Positions 1 through 13,455 of a stretch of DNA of 64,000 bases are shown here, one piece after another (within the stretch, counting starts at the first letter, position 1; every line of letters begins with the position of its first letter). The translations under genes and the position numbers were made by a program. The stretch is from Mobula hypostoma (Eukaryota), in contig NC_086097.1 of NCBI RefSeq assembly GCF_963921235.1, positions 90,150,001 through 90,214,000 on the forward strand, read 5' to 3'. The notes beneath the pieces were generated by a model. The model made no database searches and was not told the origin of the DNA. It saw only the letters and a list, made by a program, of their open reading frames with translations.

Positions 1-500
1 TTCACACCTGCCACCCTTTTTTTCTTCACATAATTGAAGAATGCCTTGGGGTTTTCCTTTACCCTACTCGCCAAGGCCTTCTCATGCCCCCTTCTTGCTC
101 TTCTCAGCCCCTTCTTAAGCTCCTTTCTTGCTACCCTATATTCCTCAATAGACCCATCTGATCCTTGCTTCCTAAACCTCATGTATGCTGCCTTCTTCCA
201 CCTGACTAGATTTTCCACCTCACTTGTCACCCATGGTTCCCTCACCCTACCATTCTTTATCTTCCTCACTGGGACAAATTTATCCCTAACATCCTGCAAG
301 AGATCTCTAAACATCGACCACATGTCCATAGTACATTTCCCTGCAAAAACATCACCCCAATTCACACCCGCAAGTTCTAGCCTTACAGCCTCATAATTTG
401 CCCTTCCCCAATTAAAAATTTTCCTGTCCTCTCTGATTCTATCCTTTTCCATGATAATGCTAAAGGCCAGGGAGCAGTGGTCACTGTCCCCCAGATGCCC
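1..500 (-). mobile_element. CR1-clade LINE ORF2 fragment (end of endonuclease to pre-RT linker), runs off window start
   Basis: Reverse strand reads GHLGDSDH...NWGRANY...EPWVT...RRARRGHEKALASRVKENPKAFFNYVKKKR, homologous to the ORF2 at 14377-16833. Confidence 0.85.
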
Positions 501-679
501 ACAGATGCAGTGAGATATGGAAGGCACCCACTGAACGATTCAAAAGCAGCTTCTTCCCAGCTGCCATCCAATTTTTCAAATGACTTTGAACCCATAAACA
601 CTACCCCACTACCATTCATTTCAATTTTTGCACTACTTATGTAATTTAAATATTTTATATATACACATAAAAAAGGAAA

Positions 680-922
680 GGTACGTCGCATCCGGAGTTT
701 CTCCGGTTAGCGGACAATTTCCCTCCACGCCACTCTGACGTAGTGGGGAACCACATACGAGGCAAGTTACAGCAGTGGTTTGCCATTGCCGTCTGCCGAG
801 TGAGTTTCCAAAGAGATCACCAGCTCGTAACCCAGCACGGATGGAAAGCGTGTGGGGAGCCGGCTGGATTCGAACTCGGGACCTTTCATCCCGAAGTCCG
901 ACGCTGATGTCACTATGCCACC
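680..922 (-). mobile_element. tRNA-derived SINE
   Basis: Reverse strand begins GGTGGCATAGTGACATCAGCG...GAGTTCGAATCC (Pol III A- and B-box); head similar to the SINE at 47265. Confidence 0.7.
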
Positions 923-1880
923 TTCTTCTTCATGTGTCTTGTGCATTACACGCTTGGGTGATCATGGCTTTCCACATCAAACGATCCCATGCAGCGTCAA
1001 TGATATCTCGCACACTTAGACCTGTTAGTTCTTTCACAGTGTCCATATATTTTCTTCTTTGCTTTCCTCTTACGCGTTTCCCAGGCATACGACCTTGTAA
1101 TGTAAGGCATTCTATTTCTCCCTTTCTGATGACATGGCCCAGGAATTCATGTTTCCTCTCATTTAATCTTCTCATTAAAGATCTTTTTGTATGGGCACAT
1201 TGGAGTACTGTCTCATTAGTTACCCTATCTCTATATGATATTTTCAGCATTCTTCTAAGAAACTACATGTCTGTTGCTTCTAAGTTTCTTTGGAGTTCTG
1301 GTGTTATTGTCCATGTTTCAGAAGTATACAGCAAGATTGATCAGATATAACATTTTAGTAGCCTAAGCCTTGTTGTCATAGAAATGTGTCTGTTGGTAAA
1401 AATGGGTTTCATTTTTTGGAAGTTGGTTTTGGCAATGGCAGTTCTTCCTTTCATTTCTACTTTACTTCTTGCATTGTGTGATATAAAGCTCCCAAGGTAA
1501 TTAAAGCTGGTCTTTTTTTCAGTCTCTTGGTTACTGATGTACAATTGGCGGTTGGGAGTATCCCGCTATTTTGATATTACCATACATACATTTGGTTTTT
1601 TTATAGTTGACAATTAAACCAAAATCTGCACTTGTTTGTATTACTTTGTCTTGGAGAATTTGTAGGTCTTCTGCAGCACTTGCTATTAGGGTTGTATCAT
1701 CTACATATCTTATATTGCTGATGTTAACACCTCCAATTTTTATCCCATCTAGGTTTTCTATTTCTCTGAGAATCATTTCACTATAGGTATTAAACAATTC
1801 CGGTGAGGCAACGCATCCTTGTCTAACTCCTCTTTGAATTTTAGTCCAACTGCTTATATTATCATCAATTTTTTTGATGT
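923..1880 (-). mobile_element. RTE-clade LINE, 5'-truncated and frameshifted (RT and C-terminus)
   Basis: ORF pieces GVRQGCVASPELFNTYSE...IRYVDDTTL, FNYLGS, MLKISYRDRVTNE...FLGHVIR...GKRVRGKQR; (GAA)n tail at about 923-930. Confidence 0.85.
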
Positions 1881-2707
1881 AACTATGCCACCTGCCAGGA
1901 CTTATATACACATATTTATGGTAATTCACAGTTTTGTTCTCTATTATCATGTATTGCATTGTACTGCTGCCGCAAAGTTAACAAATTTCACCACACATGC
2001 TGATGATAGTAAATCCGATTCTGATCCTGATTCTCAGACCCGGAATATTGCTTGTTTCTCTTTCCACAGATACTGCCTGCTCTGTTAAGCATTTGTAACA
2101 TCTTTTTGTTTAATCCACACATAGACTTTTTCTCCGCTAGCTCCTCAACTCCAAGAGCTGTGGCGGGTGAGCTGAGAGTGAGTCATGCTGTGGAGGGATG
2201 GGTTAGGCCTGGAGTGGGGTACAGGCTTACAGGGGTACTGATGGCATCAAGAGGTGGAGAAGCAGGGCTATTGAGGGATTGGAATTAGAAATGAGATTGG
2301 TCTATTATACTGAGATACAGTGAAAAGCTTGTTTTGCATAATGTTCCTACAGATCAAATCATCGCCTACTGTATTGAAGCAGTACAAAGTAAAACATTAA
2401 CCTAATTCAGAATAAAGTGGAATATTACTGTCTGTAGTGCAGTAATGTGTAACATCATAACAGATCGATTGTGAGGTCAAGAATATGTCTTATCAGACTA
2501 GGGAGCCAATAAATAGTTTTATAACAGTGGAGAAGAATCTGTCCTTGAGCCTGGAGATACATACTTCAAGGTTTTGATGGAGGGGAGAAGAGAGAATGTC
2601 AAGGTGAGTGCCATCCTTGGTTATGTGGGCTGCTTTAATGAGGCAGTGAGAAGTATTCACAGGGTCCAGGGAATGGGGTGGGCGGGGTGGGGGGGAATGG
2701 TTTCTGT

Positions 2708-3477
2708 TGTTGGCCAGTAGAAACTACAGTCTAATCAAGGACAGGGAAAGCAGACAAACCAATTCTCTTTGTCTCCTCCCCACCCCCCCCCCACCACATT
2801 TTGCGGACTTTGAACTGATTCTTGTGCTTGGATAATCTAATCAGAGCAACTGAATGTGGACACAGGAAGCTTCAGGTAATAATCTGCTAAACCTGAGACC
2901 ATTCTCGGAGGAGTAACTACTTGTTACGTAAAATGCCAGTCCTGCCAAAGAAGGAATTTGTAATCTTGTTATACTTAGTTTGTGTTGCCTCATTTAACTG
3001 GTTTGAAACAGTCAGAGTTGAAAGACACAAATACACAAGGCTGGGGTGGGAAAAACAATGTTGGTTGTTGCCCTGTACAGTGATCAGTAAGAAGGTGACC
3101 CAGGTAAGTCAGGTGACCTTGAGCCAATGGGATGGAGATCCACCAGATCAATTGATGAGGAACCGTATAAGACTCTGGAGCTCCAAATATGCAGGTTCCA
3201 GCAGCCAGAAACCAACCATCATGGATAAGGAGGACCCCACGGACACGTGGAAATTGAGACCACGAGGAACATTTGGCCAGCATAGACTCATTTCCAGGTA
3301 ATACCTTTTCTCTTCATTGACTGTCCATGGAAGGCCAGGGATTCTAATAGGGTGCACACAGGTTGATAGTTTGTGAACCCAAGTGCTTTTTAGTTGAGAC
3401 AATAAAAGTTAGCGGTCGGTAAATACAGATTCTCTGTATCTCACTGATCATTACTACAAGGGGTGATTCTTGTAACA
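2708..3477 (+). mobile_element. Solo LTR, about 770 bp
   Basis: TGTTG...TAACA termini, flanking CTGT/CTAT (4-bp TSD, 1 mismatch), AATAAA at 3401; absent at the equivalent site in duplicate copy B (about 8112-8120). Confidence 0.7.
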
Positions 3478-3830
3478 CTATGATGTGTGGAGCTGTGTCC
3501 ACAAATTTTTGCAGTTTATTGCAGTCATGCGCAGAGCATTGCCATACCAAACTCTTGAGATAGGGTGGGGGGGGTCAGACATTATTGGGCCAAGGTCTTA
3601 TGGCTGGGGGAGGGGGAATATGATTTGTTCAACACACCATTGGAGGGATCTCAGTGTCAGCAGTATTGAGGAAAGAGAATGAAAGACACGAATACTGACC
3701 AAGACATTCATTGAAGACAATCTGCATGAAGACTGACACCTCATATTCTCCAGCAGCAAACACCTTTTGGTAGCTTTCTATTAGTTCAGTAGTATTGGGT
3801 GTTATTTGGTAAGTAGAAAGACATAATATA

Positions 3831-3897
3831 CAGTACTGTGCAAAAGTCTTAGGCACCCTAGCTATAAATATGTGCCTAAGACTTTTGCACAGCACTG
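3831..3897. mobile_element. Tc1/mariner-type mini-MITE, 67 bp
   Basis: TA-CAGTACTGTGCAAAAGTCTTAGGCAC...GTGCCTAAGACTTTTGCACAGCACTG-TA; other copies near 9292, 31048 and 32389. Confidence 0.8.
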
Positions 3898-3899
3898 TA

Positions 3900-4480
3900 A
3901 GTTTGCAGATGACATCATCGTAATAGGCCAGATCTCAAGTAACGATGAGTCACAGTACAGGAAGGAGATAGGAAGCCTAGTGAATGGTGTCATGTCAAAA
4001 ACCATTTCCTCAATATCAGCAAAACAAAAAAGCCGATGAGAGACTTCAGGAAAGGAGTTAGTACATATACTCCTTTTTACATGAATAGATCTGAGCTTGC
4101 GAGGGTTGAGAGCTTCAGGTTTCCTAGGAATGATCATTAATATCCTGTCCTGGGCTAAACAGGTAGATGCCACAGCTGTGAAACTTCACCAGCGCCTCCA
4201 GTTCCTCAGGAGATGAAAGAAATTTGGCATGTCCTCTTTGACCCTCACAATTCTTTAAAGATGCACCATAGAAGGCATCTTATCTGGATGCATCACGGCT
4301 TGGTGTGACAACTGTTCTAGTTGGGACCTCAGAATCTGTAGATACAGTTCAGCACATCACAAAAGCCAGACTACCCTCCAAGGACTCTGCCTACACTTCT
4401 CATTGCCTTGGGAGGGCAGCTAACATTAATAAAGAGCCCACCACCCTCTCTTCTGCCCCCTCCCATTTGGCAGAAGATAA
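3900..4480 (+). mobile_element. Degenerate Rex1/Babar-like LINE RT fragment (paralogous copy at about 9345-9870)
   Basis: AAG TTT GCA GAT GAC (KFADD), then FRFLG and FLRR-KKFGM-like remnants. Confidence 0.6.
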
Positions 4481-5409
4481 ATAAGCCTGTAAGGTGACAG
4501 TAACTCAAGTAACCACATGATACAACAGTGGTGTGCAGAAGAGTATCTCTGAATGCACAACATGCTGAATCTTGGGCCACAGCAGCAGAAGACCACAGAC
4601 ATTAGTGGCTGCTTTATTACAAATGGGACATAGCTAATAGAGTTGCCACCGAGTGTATGCTACAATAATAAACCAATTTAAAGAAATTACTGAAAAAGTT
4701 CAATATGTTGAGTGCTCAGCTGCATTGATCTGCAGTCCTTGCCTAGTCACTGAAGCCCTGATATCATTCAGAAATTAATTAGTGCTCTACAAACATCTGA
4801 AGTGTTCTGAGTTAGGGTAAGAAGAGTAGGCAACAATTTTCTCTTCTTCTCTTCTGTCTTACTCTCCTGATTCTGATTTTAGGCACCATCCAACATTTAA
4901 ATGATCACCCAACCAAGTGTAACAACGTATTTACTCTTCCCAAATGCTCACTGATTTTGTATTCCCAGTATTTTTCATGTTGTACATGACTCTGTATGAT
5001 AGTGTGTGACAAACCTTGCAGTCAGCCCAACAGACTCCTGGCTATATATCCCATATTCCATTGAGTCCAACAAGCCAGTCCTGGTTCTGGTTAAAGAGCT
5101 GTACAAGAAAGTGTTAAAATTATTTTCCCAAAATCATTTTAATAATCTCAATATTGTCAAATCCAATGAGAACCCAAATATCAAGTTAATTGAACCAAAT
5201 ATGGTTCAAAAAATCAAATGGACTGCAGATTCTGGAAATCTGAAATAAAAGCAGAAAATACAGGAAAAACTTAGCAGTTCAGCTCGTATCTATGCAAACA
5301 GAAACAGAGCTAACTTTTCATATCAAAGACCTTCACCATGTCCTGTCATCCTCCATGAAACTTAGAAGTAACTAGTATTCTCTGTTTACAAGTTCTGATA
5401 TTCATAGAC

Positions 5410-6660
5410 ATATGGAAAAGTACAGCATAGAAACAGGCTCTTTGGACCATCCAGTGAGTGCCAAAACATTTAAATTGCCTAGTCCCATTGCCCTCCATCC
5501 ATGTGCCTATCCAAACTTCTCTTAAATGTTGAAATCGAAATTGCTTACACCACTTGCACTGGCAGTTCATTCAACTGCCTAAGTGATGAAATTTCCCCTA
5601 ACGTTCCCCTTAAACATTTCACCTTTCACCCTTAACCCATGACCTCTTGTTGTAGCTCACCCAACCTCGGTGGAAAAAGCCTGCTGGCATTTACCCTATC
5701 TATACCCCTCATAGTTTTTTATACCTCTTTTAAATCCCCCCACACTCTTCTATGTTTTAAGGAATAAAGTTATAACCTATACAATCTTTCCTCATAACTT
5801 AGGTCCTCCAGTCCTACCAACATCCTTGTAAATTTTCTCTTTATTCTATCAATCTTATTTACATCTTTCTGGCTTGGTGACCAAACCTGCATATGATACT
5901 CCAAATTAGGCCTTACCAATGTCCTATACAACTTCAACATAACATCCCAAATCCTGTACATAGTACTTTGATCTATGAAGGCCGATGTGCCGAAAGCTTT
6001 CTTTGCAAACCTATCTACCTGTTTCTCAACTTGCAATTAATTATGGACCTTTATTCCTACATCCCTGTGTCCTACTGCTCACTGTGCAAGACCTACCCTG
6101 GTTGGTCCTTCCAAAATGCAATACCTCACCTTGTTTGCATTAAATTCCATCTGCCATTTTTCAGCCCATTTTTCCAGCTGATCCAGATCATGTTGCAAGC
6201 CATGATGGTCTTCCTCGCTGTCCACTCACCCCCAATCTTGGTGTCATCTGCTAATTTGCTGATCCAGTTAACCATATTATCTTCCAGACCATTGATATAG
6301 ATGACAAACAGCAACGGACCCAGCACCGATCCCTGCAGCACTCCACTAGTCACAGGCCACCAGTCAGAGAGACAACCCCCTACTACCACTCTCTGGCTTC
6401 TCCCGCAAAGCCAATTTCTAATCCAATTTACTGCCTCACCTTGAATACCTAGCAATTGAACCTTCTTGTCCAACCTCCCATGTGGATCCTTGTTAAATGC
6501 CTTACTGAAGTCCATGCTGACAACATCCACTACCTCGACTTCATCAATATTTCCAGGAACTTCTACAGAAAGCTCTATAAGATTGGTTAGGCACCACCTA
6601 CCATGCACAAAGCCATGTTGACTATTTCTAATCAGTCCATATCTCTCCAGAAACTCATGT
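5410..6660 (-). mobile_element. CR1 LINE 3' part, degenerate
   Basis: ORFs 6126-6608 (DFSKAF, GVLQGSVLGP, LADD) and 5770-6036 (LYRTLVRPNLEY). Confidence 0.9.
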
Positions 6661-6744
6661 ATTTGCTTATTCTATTCTAGTATTCTGCCCTGCTAGACAT
6701 GTTCCACAGCCTCACTATTTACAATACATTACCATATTCAGCGG

Positions 6745-7372
6745 CGGGAGGAGAAGATGGCAGTGGAAAGCAACATGCACAGCTCTCCAATGAAATGATA
6801 TCGTATCTGTTAAATAGGGGCCGTGGACAATTCTGATTTGATGGAGACAGACGTGAGAAGCACAGAGGAACATCTGGAGAAATTTCTGAAATGCCCGGTT
6901 CGCTGCCGCTGCTACTGTGCGATCGAGAATCTCCGGAGGGAAGGCCCCAAAATCCCCAGCTTTGCCTGCTGCTGGCTACTGAGGTTGAGGTCGAAGCGTT
7001 TGGCAGAAATGGTGCTCGGTACTCGGTGTCGGAGGACTGATCTGAGCTCGAAGTTTTCGGATGACTCAGAGTCGGACTGTGTTCGGGCATGACGGGGAGA
7101 GTTTTCTTCCTTCTCCCGTCTGCGTGAGATGTGGGACTTCCGAGAGACTTTGAACTTTTTTGCTGTGCCATGGCCTGTTCTTCACCAAGTTATGGTATTG
7201 TTGCACTGTTGTAACTATATGTTATAATTATGTGGTTTTTGTTTTTCAGTCTTGGTCTGTCCTGTGTTTCTGTGATATCACACCGGAGGAATATTATATC
7301 ATTTCTTAATGCATGCATTACTAAATGACAATAAAAGAGGACTGCGTGTCCTCGTAATCTAATCTAATCTAC
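6745..7372 (+). mobile_element. Non-coding non-autonomous retroelement with (CTAAT)n tail
   Basis: Starts GGAGAAGATGGC and ends AATAAAAGAGGACTGC...TAATCTAATCTAATCT; a second copy lies on the minus strand at about 37690-38205. Confidence 0.6.
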
Positions 7373-10070
7373 TCTAACCATCTCTTCCTCGCCTTTTCTC
7401 CTGCTCAAAACCAGCTTTGTATTCTCTCATTCTCAGGCCTGGAATGTGCTTGTTTCTCTTTCCACAGATACTGCCTGATCTGCTGAGTATATTTCTATCA
7501 ACTTCTGTTTTTAATACATCCATAGACTTTTTCTCTACTAGCTCCACAACTCCAAGAGCTGTGGTGGATGAGCTGAGGGAGAACCATGCAGTGGAGGAAT
7601 GGGTTAGGCCTGGAGTGGGGTACAGGCTTACAGGGGTACTGATGGCATCAAGAGGTGGAGAAGCAGGGATATTGAGGAATTGGAATTAGAATTGAGATTG
7701 GTTTATTATACTGAGATACAGTGAAAAGCTTGTCTGACATAATGTTCCTACAATCAAATTATTGCACACTGTGTTGAAGCAGTGCAAGGTAAAACAATAA
7801 CAATGCAGAATAAAGTGGAACTGCTGTAGAGAAGAGTAGTGCAGGTAAGCAATAATGTACAACAGCATAACAGATGGATTGTGAGGTCAAGAGTACCCTT
7901 TATCACACTGGGGATTCAATGAATAGTTTTATAGCAGCGGAGAAGAACCTGTCCTTGAGCCTGGTAATAGATACTTTCAGGTTTCTATGTCTTCTGCCTG
8001 ATGGAAGAGGGGAGAAGAGGGAATGTTGGGGTGAATGGAGTTTTTGGATATGCTGGCTACTGTAATGAGGCAGTGAGAAGAATTGATATAGTCTGGGGTG
8101 GGGGTGTAGGCTTCTGAGATGTGTGGAGCTGTGTCCACAAATCTTTGCAGTTTATTGTGGTCACGTGCAGAGCTGTTGTCATACAAAGCTATTGAGATAA
8201 GCTTGGCGGTGGCGGGGTCAGACATTATTGGGCCAAGGTCTTACCGCCGGGGGAGGGGGAACATGGATTGCTCGACACGCAGTTGGAAGGACCTCAGTGT
8301 CAGCAGTACTGAGGAAAGAGAATGAAACACACGAATACTGACCAAGACATGCATTGAAGACAATCTGCATGAAGATTGGCACCTCAGGTTCTCCAGTAGC
8401 ACACACTTGTTGGTAACTTTCTTTAACTAGTACCTAAGCAGGCCCCTCTCTCCTTTGGTCAGAATGACCTAATCCATTTAGTCAGATCACACATGCAATG
8501 AATTTTGTGTGAGTGCCATTAAGGCAGCAGTTGCTTGCCAACTTGACACCACCGCATAAACCTGAGACGTTCCATTTGCCAGGTATGGGAGAAGCATCAG
8601 TTAAATTCCGTCATGTGTCGTTCAATGAAAGGGGCACTTTGAACCAAAGTGCTTCTTTACCTAGTAGCTTTAGTGGATCCAAGGACACTAGTAATTTGTT
8701 ATAAACCACCCCCCCCACCCCCCACCAAGCGATCAGTAGCATTTCCCATGTTCCAGAATATACTTGACAAACATGCTGGACAAAATCATAGTAATACTTA
8801 CATTTTACTGGTGAGTATGGTGGTGGAAAGTGGACTAATAAAGATCAAAGTAAATTTATTATGGAAGTATATATACTGTACGTCACCATATACAACCTTG
8901 AGATTCACTTTCTTGTGGGCATACTCAATAAATTTATAGAATACTAACCATAACAGAATCAATGAAGGACCTCCCAACACTGCACCTTCAACAGTTACCC
9001 CTTGTATTCAGGATGTTGGTGCAGAAGGCAAGCAAAGGTAGGGGGAATCTTTTAGAACAGGGTTAGACCACCCCTTCTGCACAAGGAATGTGGGAGATTT
9101 GAATACAGGGTCTGAATTGGGCTGGATAATCTCTATTGCTCCATTGCCTGCCTTGTACAGAGCAGGCAGTCGTCTCTGACTGGCAATGAGCAAGACAGAT
9201 GGGAATAAACCCATTCCAGTGGTGGGGGTGACTTAGCTTGTACAGTTCAGTGGTATTGGGTGTTATTTGGTAAGTAGAAAGACATAATATACAGTACTGT
9301 ACAAAAGTCTAAGGCACCCTAACTATACTTTTGCACAGCACTGTAAGTTTACAGATGACATCATTGTAATGGGCCAAATCTCAAGTAACGATGAGTCACA
9401 GTACAGGAAAGAGAGAGAAAACCTAGTGAATGGTGTCATGTCAAAAACCATTTCCTCAATATCAGCAAAACAAAAGAGCCGATGAGAGACTTCAGGAAAG
9501 GAGTTAGTACATGTACTCCTTTTTACATGAATAGCTCTGAGGTTGAGAGCTTCAGGTTCCTAGGAGAGATCATCAATAGCTTGTCCTGGTCTAACCACAG
9601 CCAAGAAAGCTCACTAGCACTTGCACTTCCTCAGGAGGCCAAAGGAATTTGGCATGGCCCCTTTGAACCTCACATTTCTTTAGAGATGCACCATAGAAAG
9701 CATCCTATCTGGATGCATCATGGTTCTGCAGAGACCTCAAAAAACTGTTGTCACAACTCTGAACATCACAAAAACCACCTTACACTCCTTGGACTCTACC
9801 TACACTTCTCGTTGCCTTGGGAAAGCAGCTAACACTATCAAAGAACCCACCCACCCCAGACATTCTAGAGGAAGGAGAAGTCCTGGCCCGAAACATCAAC
9901 TGTTTATTCATTTCCATTGATGCTGCCTAACTTACTGAGTTCCTCCAGCATTGTGTGTATGTTACTTTATTCTGTATTATTTTATTGTTCTCCCTTCTAC
10001 TACATCAATGGCTTGATGTGATGAAATATTCTCTATGGATGACAGCAAAACAAAGATTTTTTTTACTGTA

Positions 10071-11524
10071 CCCCAGTGGCCACTTTATTAGGTACACCTG
10101 GACACCTGCTCATTAATGCAAATAGCTGATCAGCCAATCATGTGGCAGCAACTCAATGCATAAAAGCCTGCAGATATGGTCAAGAGGTTCAGTTGTTGCT
10201 CTGACCAAATGTCAGAACAAGGAAGAAATGTGATCTAAGTGACTTTGACCATGGAATGACTGTTGCCAAATGGGTGGGGCTTGAGTATCTCAGAAACCGC
10301 TGGTCTCCTGGAGTTTTCCACACACAACAGTGTTTAGAGTTTACAGAGAATGGTGTGAAAAACAAAAAAAAATCAAGAGAGAGGCAGTTCCGTGGGTGAA
10401 AATGGCTTGTTAATGAATGGCTTACCCCACCACTATGCACATCTCTCCACCCCTCTCCGCGACTCCCTTATCCACACGTCCCTCCCCATGGATCTCCCAC
10501 CCGGCCCTTATCCCTGTAAGCGTAAGTGCTACACCTGTCCCTACACCTGTCCCTACACCTCCTCTCTTGCCACCGTTCAGAGCCCCAAACAGTCCTTCCA
10601 GCTGAGGCAACACTTCACTCGTGAGTCTGTTGGGGTCATCTATTGCATCCGGTGCTCCCAGTGCGGCCTCCTCTACATCGATGAAACCCGACGCAGATTA
10701 GGGGACCGCTTCATCGAGCACCTCCACTCTGTCCGCCAAAACAGACAGGATCTCCCGGTAGCCAGCCACTTCAACTCTGCTTCACATTCCCAATCAGATA
10801 TGTCCATACATGGCCTCCTCTCCTGCCATGATGAGGCTAAACAGAGGTTGGAGGAGCAACACCTCATACACCGTCTAGGTAGTCTCCAGCCCCTTGGTAT
10901 GAACATAGAATTCTCCAACTTCCAGTAATTCCCTCCCCCTCCCTTCCTCTATCCGTACTTCACTCTGCCCCCTCCCCCAGCTGCCCATCACCTCCCTCAT
11001 GGTTCCGCCTCCTTCTACTACCCATTGTTTTCCTGCCTATCACCTCCCTACTTCCCCTCCCCCACCCCTTTGTCTTTCAAGTTACTGGTTTTTCAACTGA
11101 ACCTACCAGCCTTCTACTTCCAACCCTCCCCCACCTTCTTTATAGGGCCTCTGCCCCTTCCCTCTTCAGTCGTGACGAAGGGTTCCGGCCCGAAACGTTG
11201 ACTCATCGTTTCCATGGATGCTGCCCGACCTGATGAGTTCCTCCAGCGTGTTGTGAGTGCTGCTTTGATCCCAGCATCTGCAGATTACTTTGTGTTTGTT
11301 AATGAAAGAGGCCAGAGGAGAATGTCAGACTGCTTCAAGCTGACAGGAAGGTAACAGTAACACAAATAACCACATGTTACAACAGTGGTGTGTAGAAGAG
11401 TTTCTATGAATGCACAACCTGTTACATCTTGAATTGGATGGGCTACAGCAGCAGAAGATCACGGACATACCATTAGTGGCTATAACCAAGAACAGGAGGT
11501 ACCTAATAACGTGGCCACTGAGTG
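10071..11524. mobile_element. Non-autonomous Tc1/mariner element interrupted by a PLE
   Basis: TIRs CAGTGGCCACTTTATTAGGTAC (10074-10095) and GTACCTAATAACGTGGCCACTG (11499-11520), followed by AGTG-TA. Confidence 0.75.
10418..11295 (+). mobile_element. Penelope-like element, 5'-truncated (GIY-YIG end and 3' region)
   Basis: ORF 10392-10928 VIYCIRCSQCGLLYIDETRRRLGDRFIEH...LGSLQPLGMN; TSD TTGTTAATGAA at 10407-10417 and 11296-11306. Confidence 0.9.
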
Positions 11525-11730
11525 TATGCTACAATAATAAACCAATTTAAAGAAATTAATGAAAAGGTTCAATATGTTGAGTGCTCAGCTGCAGTGGCCT
11601 GGAGTTCTTGCCTAGTCACTGAAGCCCTGATATCATTCAGAAGTTAATGGGTGCTCAACAAAATATCTGGAGTGTTCTGAATTAGGATAAGAAGAGTATG
11701 CAAATATTCTAAAAAAAAAACTCAGCTGTT

Positions 11731-13082
11731 ACATAGAAACATAGAAACATAGAAAATAGGTGCAGCAGTAGGCCATTTGGCCCTTCGAGCCTGCACCGCC
11801 ATTCAGTATGATCATGGCTGATCATCCAACTCAGAACCCTGTACCAGCCTTCCCTCCATACCCCTTGATCCCTTTAGCCACAAGGGCCATATCTAACTCC
11901 CTCTTAAATATAGCCAATGAACTGGCCTCAACTGTTTCCTGTGGCAGAAAATTCCACAGATTCACCACTCTCTGTGTGAAGAAGTTTTTCCTAATCTCGG
12001 TCTTAAAAGGTTTCCCCTTTATCCTCAAACTGTGACCCCTCGTTCTGGACTTCTCCAACATCGGGAACAATCTTCCTGCATCTAGCCTGTCCAACCACTT
12101 TAGGATTTTATACGTTTCAATAAGATCTCCCCTCAGTCTTCTAAATTCCACAGAGTATAAGCCTAGTTGATCCAGTCTTTCATCATATGAAAGTCCTGCC
12201 ATCCCAGGAATCAATCTGGTGAACCTTCTTTGTACTCCCTCTATGGCAAGGATGTCTTTCCTCAGATTAGGGGACCAAAACTGCACACAATACTCCAGGT
12301 GTGGTCTCACCAAGGCCTTGCACAACTGCAGTAGTACCTCCCTGCTCCTGTACTCGAATCCTCTTGCTATGAATGCCAGCATACCATTCGCCCTTTTCAC
12401 CGCCTGCTGTACCTGCATGCCCACTTTCAATGACTGGTGTATAATGACACCCAGTTCTCGTTGCACCTCCCCTTTTCCTAATCAGCCACCATTCAGATAA
12501 TAATCTGTTTTCCTGTTCTTGCCACCAAAGTGGATAACCACACATTTATCCACATTAAATTGCATCTGCCATGAATTTGCCCACTCACCCAACCTATCCA
12601 AGTCACCCTGCATCCTCTTAGCATCCTCCTCACAGCTAACACTGTCGCCCAGCTTCGTGTCATCCGCAAACTTGGAGATGCTGCATTTAATTCCCTCATC
12701 TAAGTCATTAATATATATTGTAAACAACTGGGGTTCCAGCACTGAGCCTTGCGGTACCCCACTAGTCACTGCCTGCCATTCTGAAAAGGTCCCGTCTATT
12801 CCCACTCTTTGCTTCCTGTCTGCCAACCAATTCTCTATCCACATCAATACCTTACCCCCAATACCATGTGCTTTAAGTTTGCACACTAATGGCCTGTGTG
12901 GGACCTTGTCAAAAGCCTTTTGAAAATCCAAACATACCACATCCACCGGTTCCCCCCTATCCACTCTACTAGTTACATCCTCAAACAATTCTATGAGATT
13001 CGTCAGACATGACTTTCCTTTCACAAATCCATGCTGACTTTGTCCAATGATTTCACCGCCTTCCAAATGTGCTGTTATCACA
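11731..13082 (-). mobile_element. CR1 LINE, 3' half (5' half at 17815-18430)
   Basis: ORFs 12482-13123 (DFQKAFDKV, GVPQGSVL, FADD) and 11831-12466; (CATAGAAA)n tail at 11732-11755. Confidence 0.95.
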
Positions 13083-13455
13083 AACAACAGGAATTCTGCA
13101 GATGCTGGAAATTCAAGCAACACACATCAAAGTTGCTGGTGAACGCAGCAGGCCAGGCAGCATCTCTAGGAAGAGGTACAGTCGATGTTTCAGGTCGAGA
13201 CCCTTCGTCAGGACTAACTGAAGGAAGAGTTAGTAAGAGATTTGAAAGTGGGAGGGGGAGGGGGAGATCCAAAATGATAGGAGAAGACAGGAGGGGGAGG
13301 GATGGAGCCAAGAGGTGGACAGGTGATTGGCAAAGGGGGTATGAGAGGATCATGGGACAGAAGGTCCGGGGAGAAAGACAAGGGGGGGGAACTCAGAGGA
13401 TGGGCAAGGGGTATAGTCAGAGGGACAGAGGGAGAAAAAGGAGAGTGAAAGAAAG
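13083..13455 (-). mobile_element. PLE 3' terminal region; left arm of the inverted insertion 13083-17814
   Basis: Reverse complement of the PLE 3' end seen at 42500-42936; preceded by TSD GTGCTGTTATCACA (13069-13082). Confidence 0.9.

Larger units (their letters stand above)
2030..5420 (+). repeat. Copy A of a diverged local tandem duplication
   Basis: Collinear blocks 2030-2700, 3480-3780, 3780-4440, 4640-4835 and 5270-5420 match 7430-8115, 8118-8420, 9243-9860, 11510-11700 and 18435-18570. Confidence 0.85.

Noticed and set aside
850..922. tRNA gene (also at 27632 and 47270)
   Set aside because: tRNA-like heads continue into SINE bodies; no complete cloverleaf with terminator
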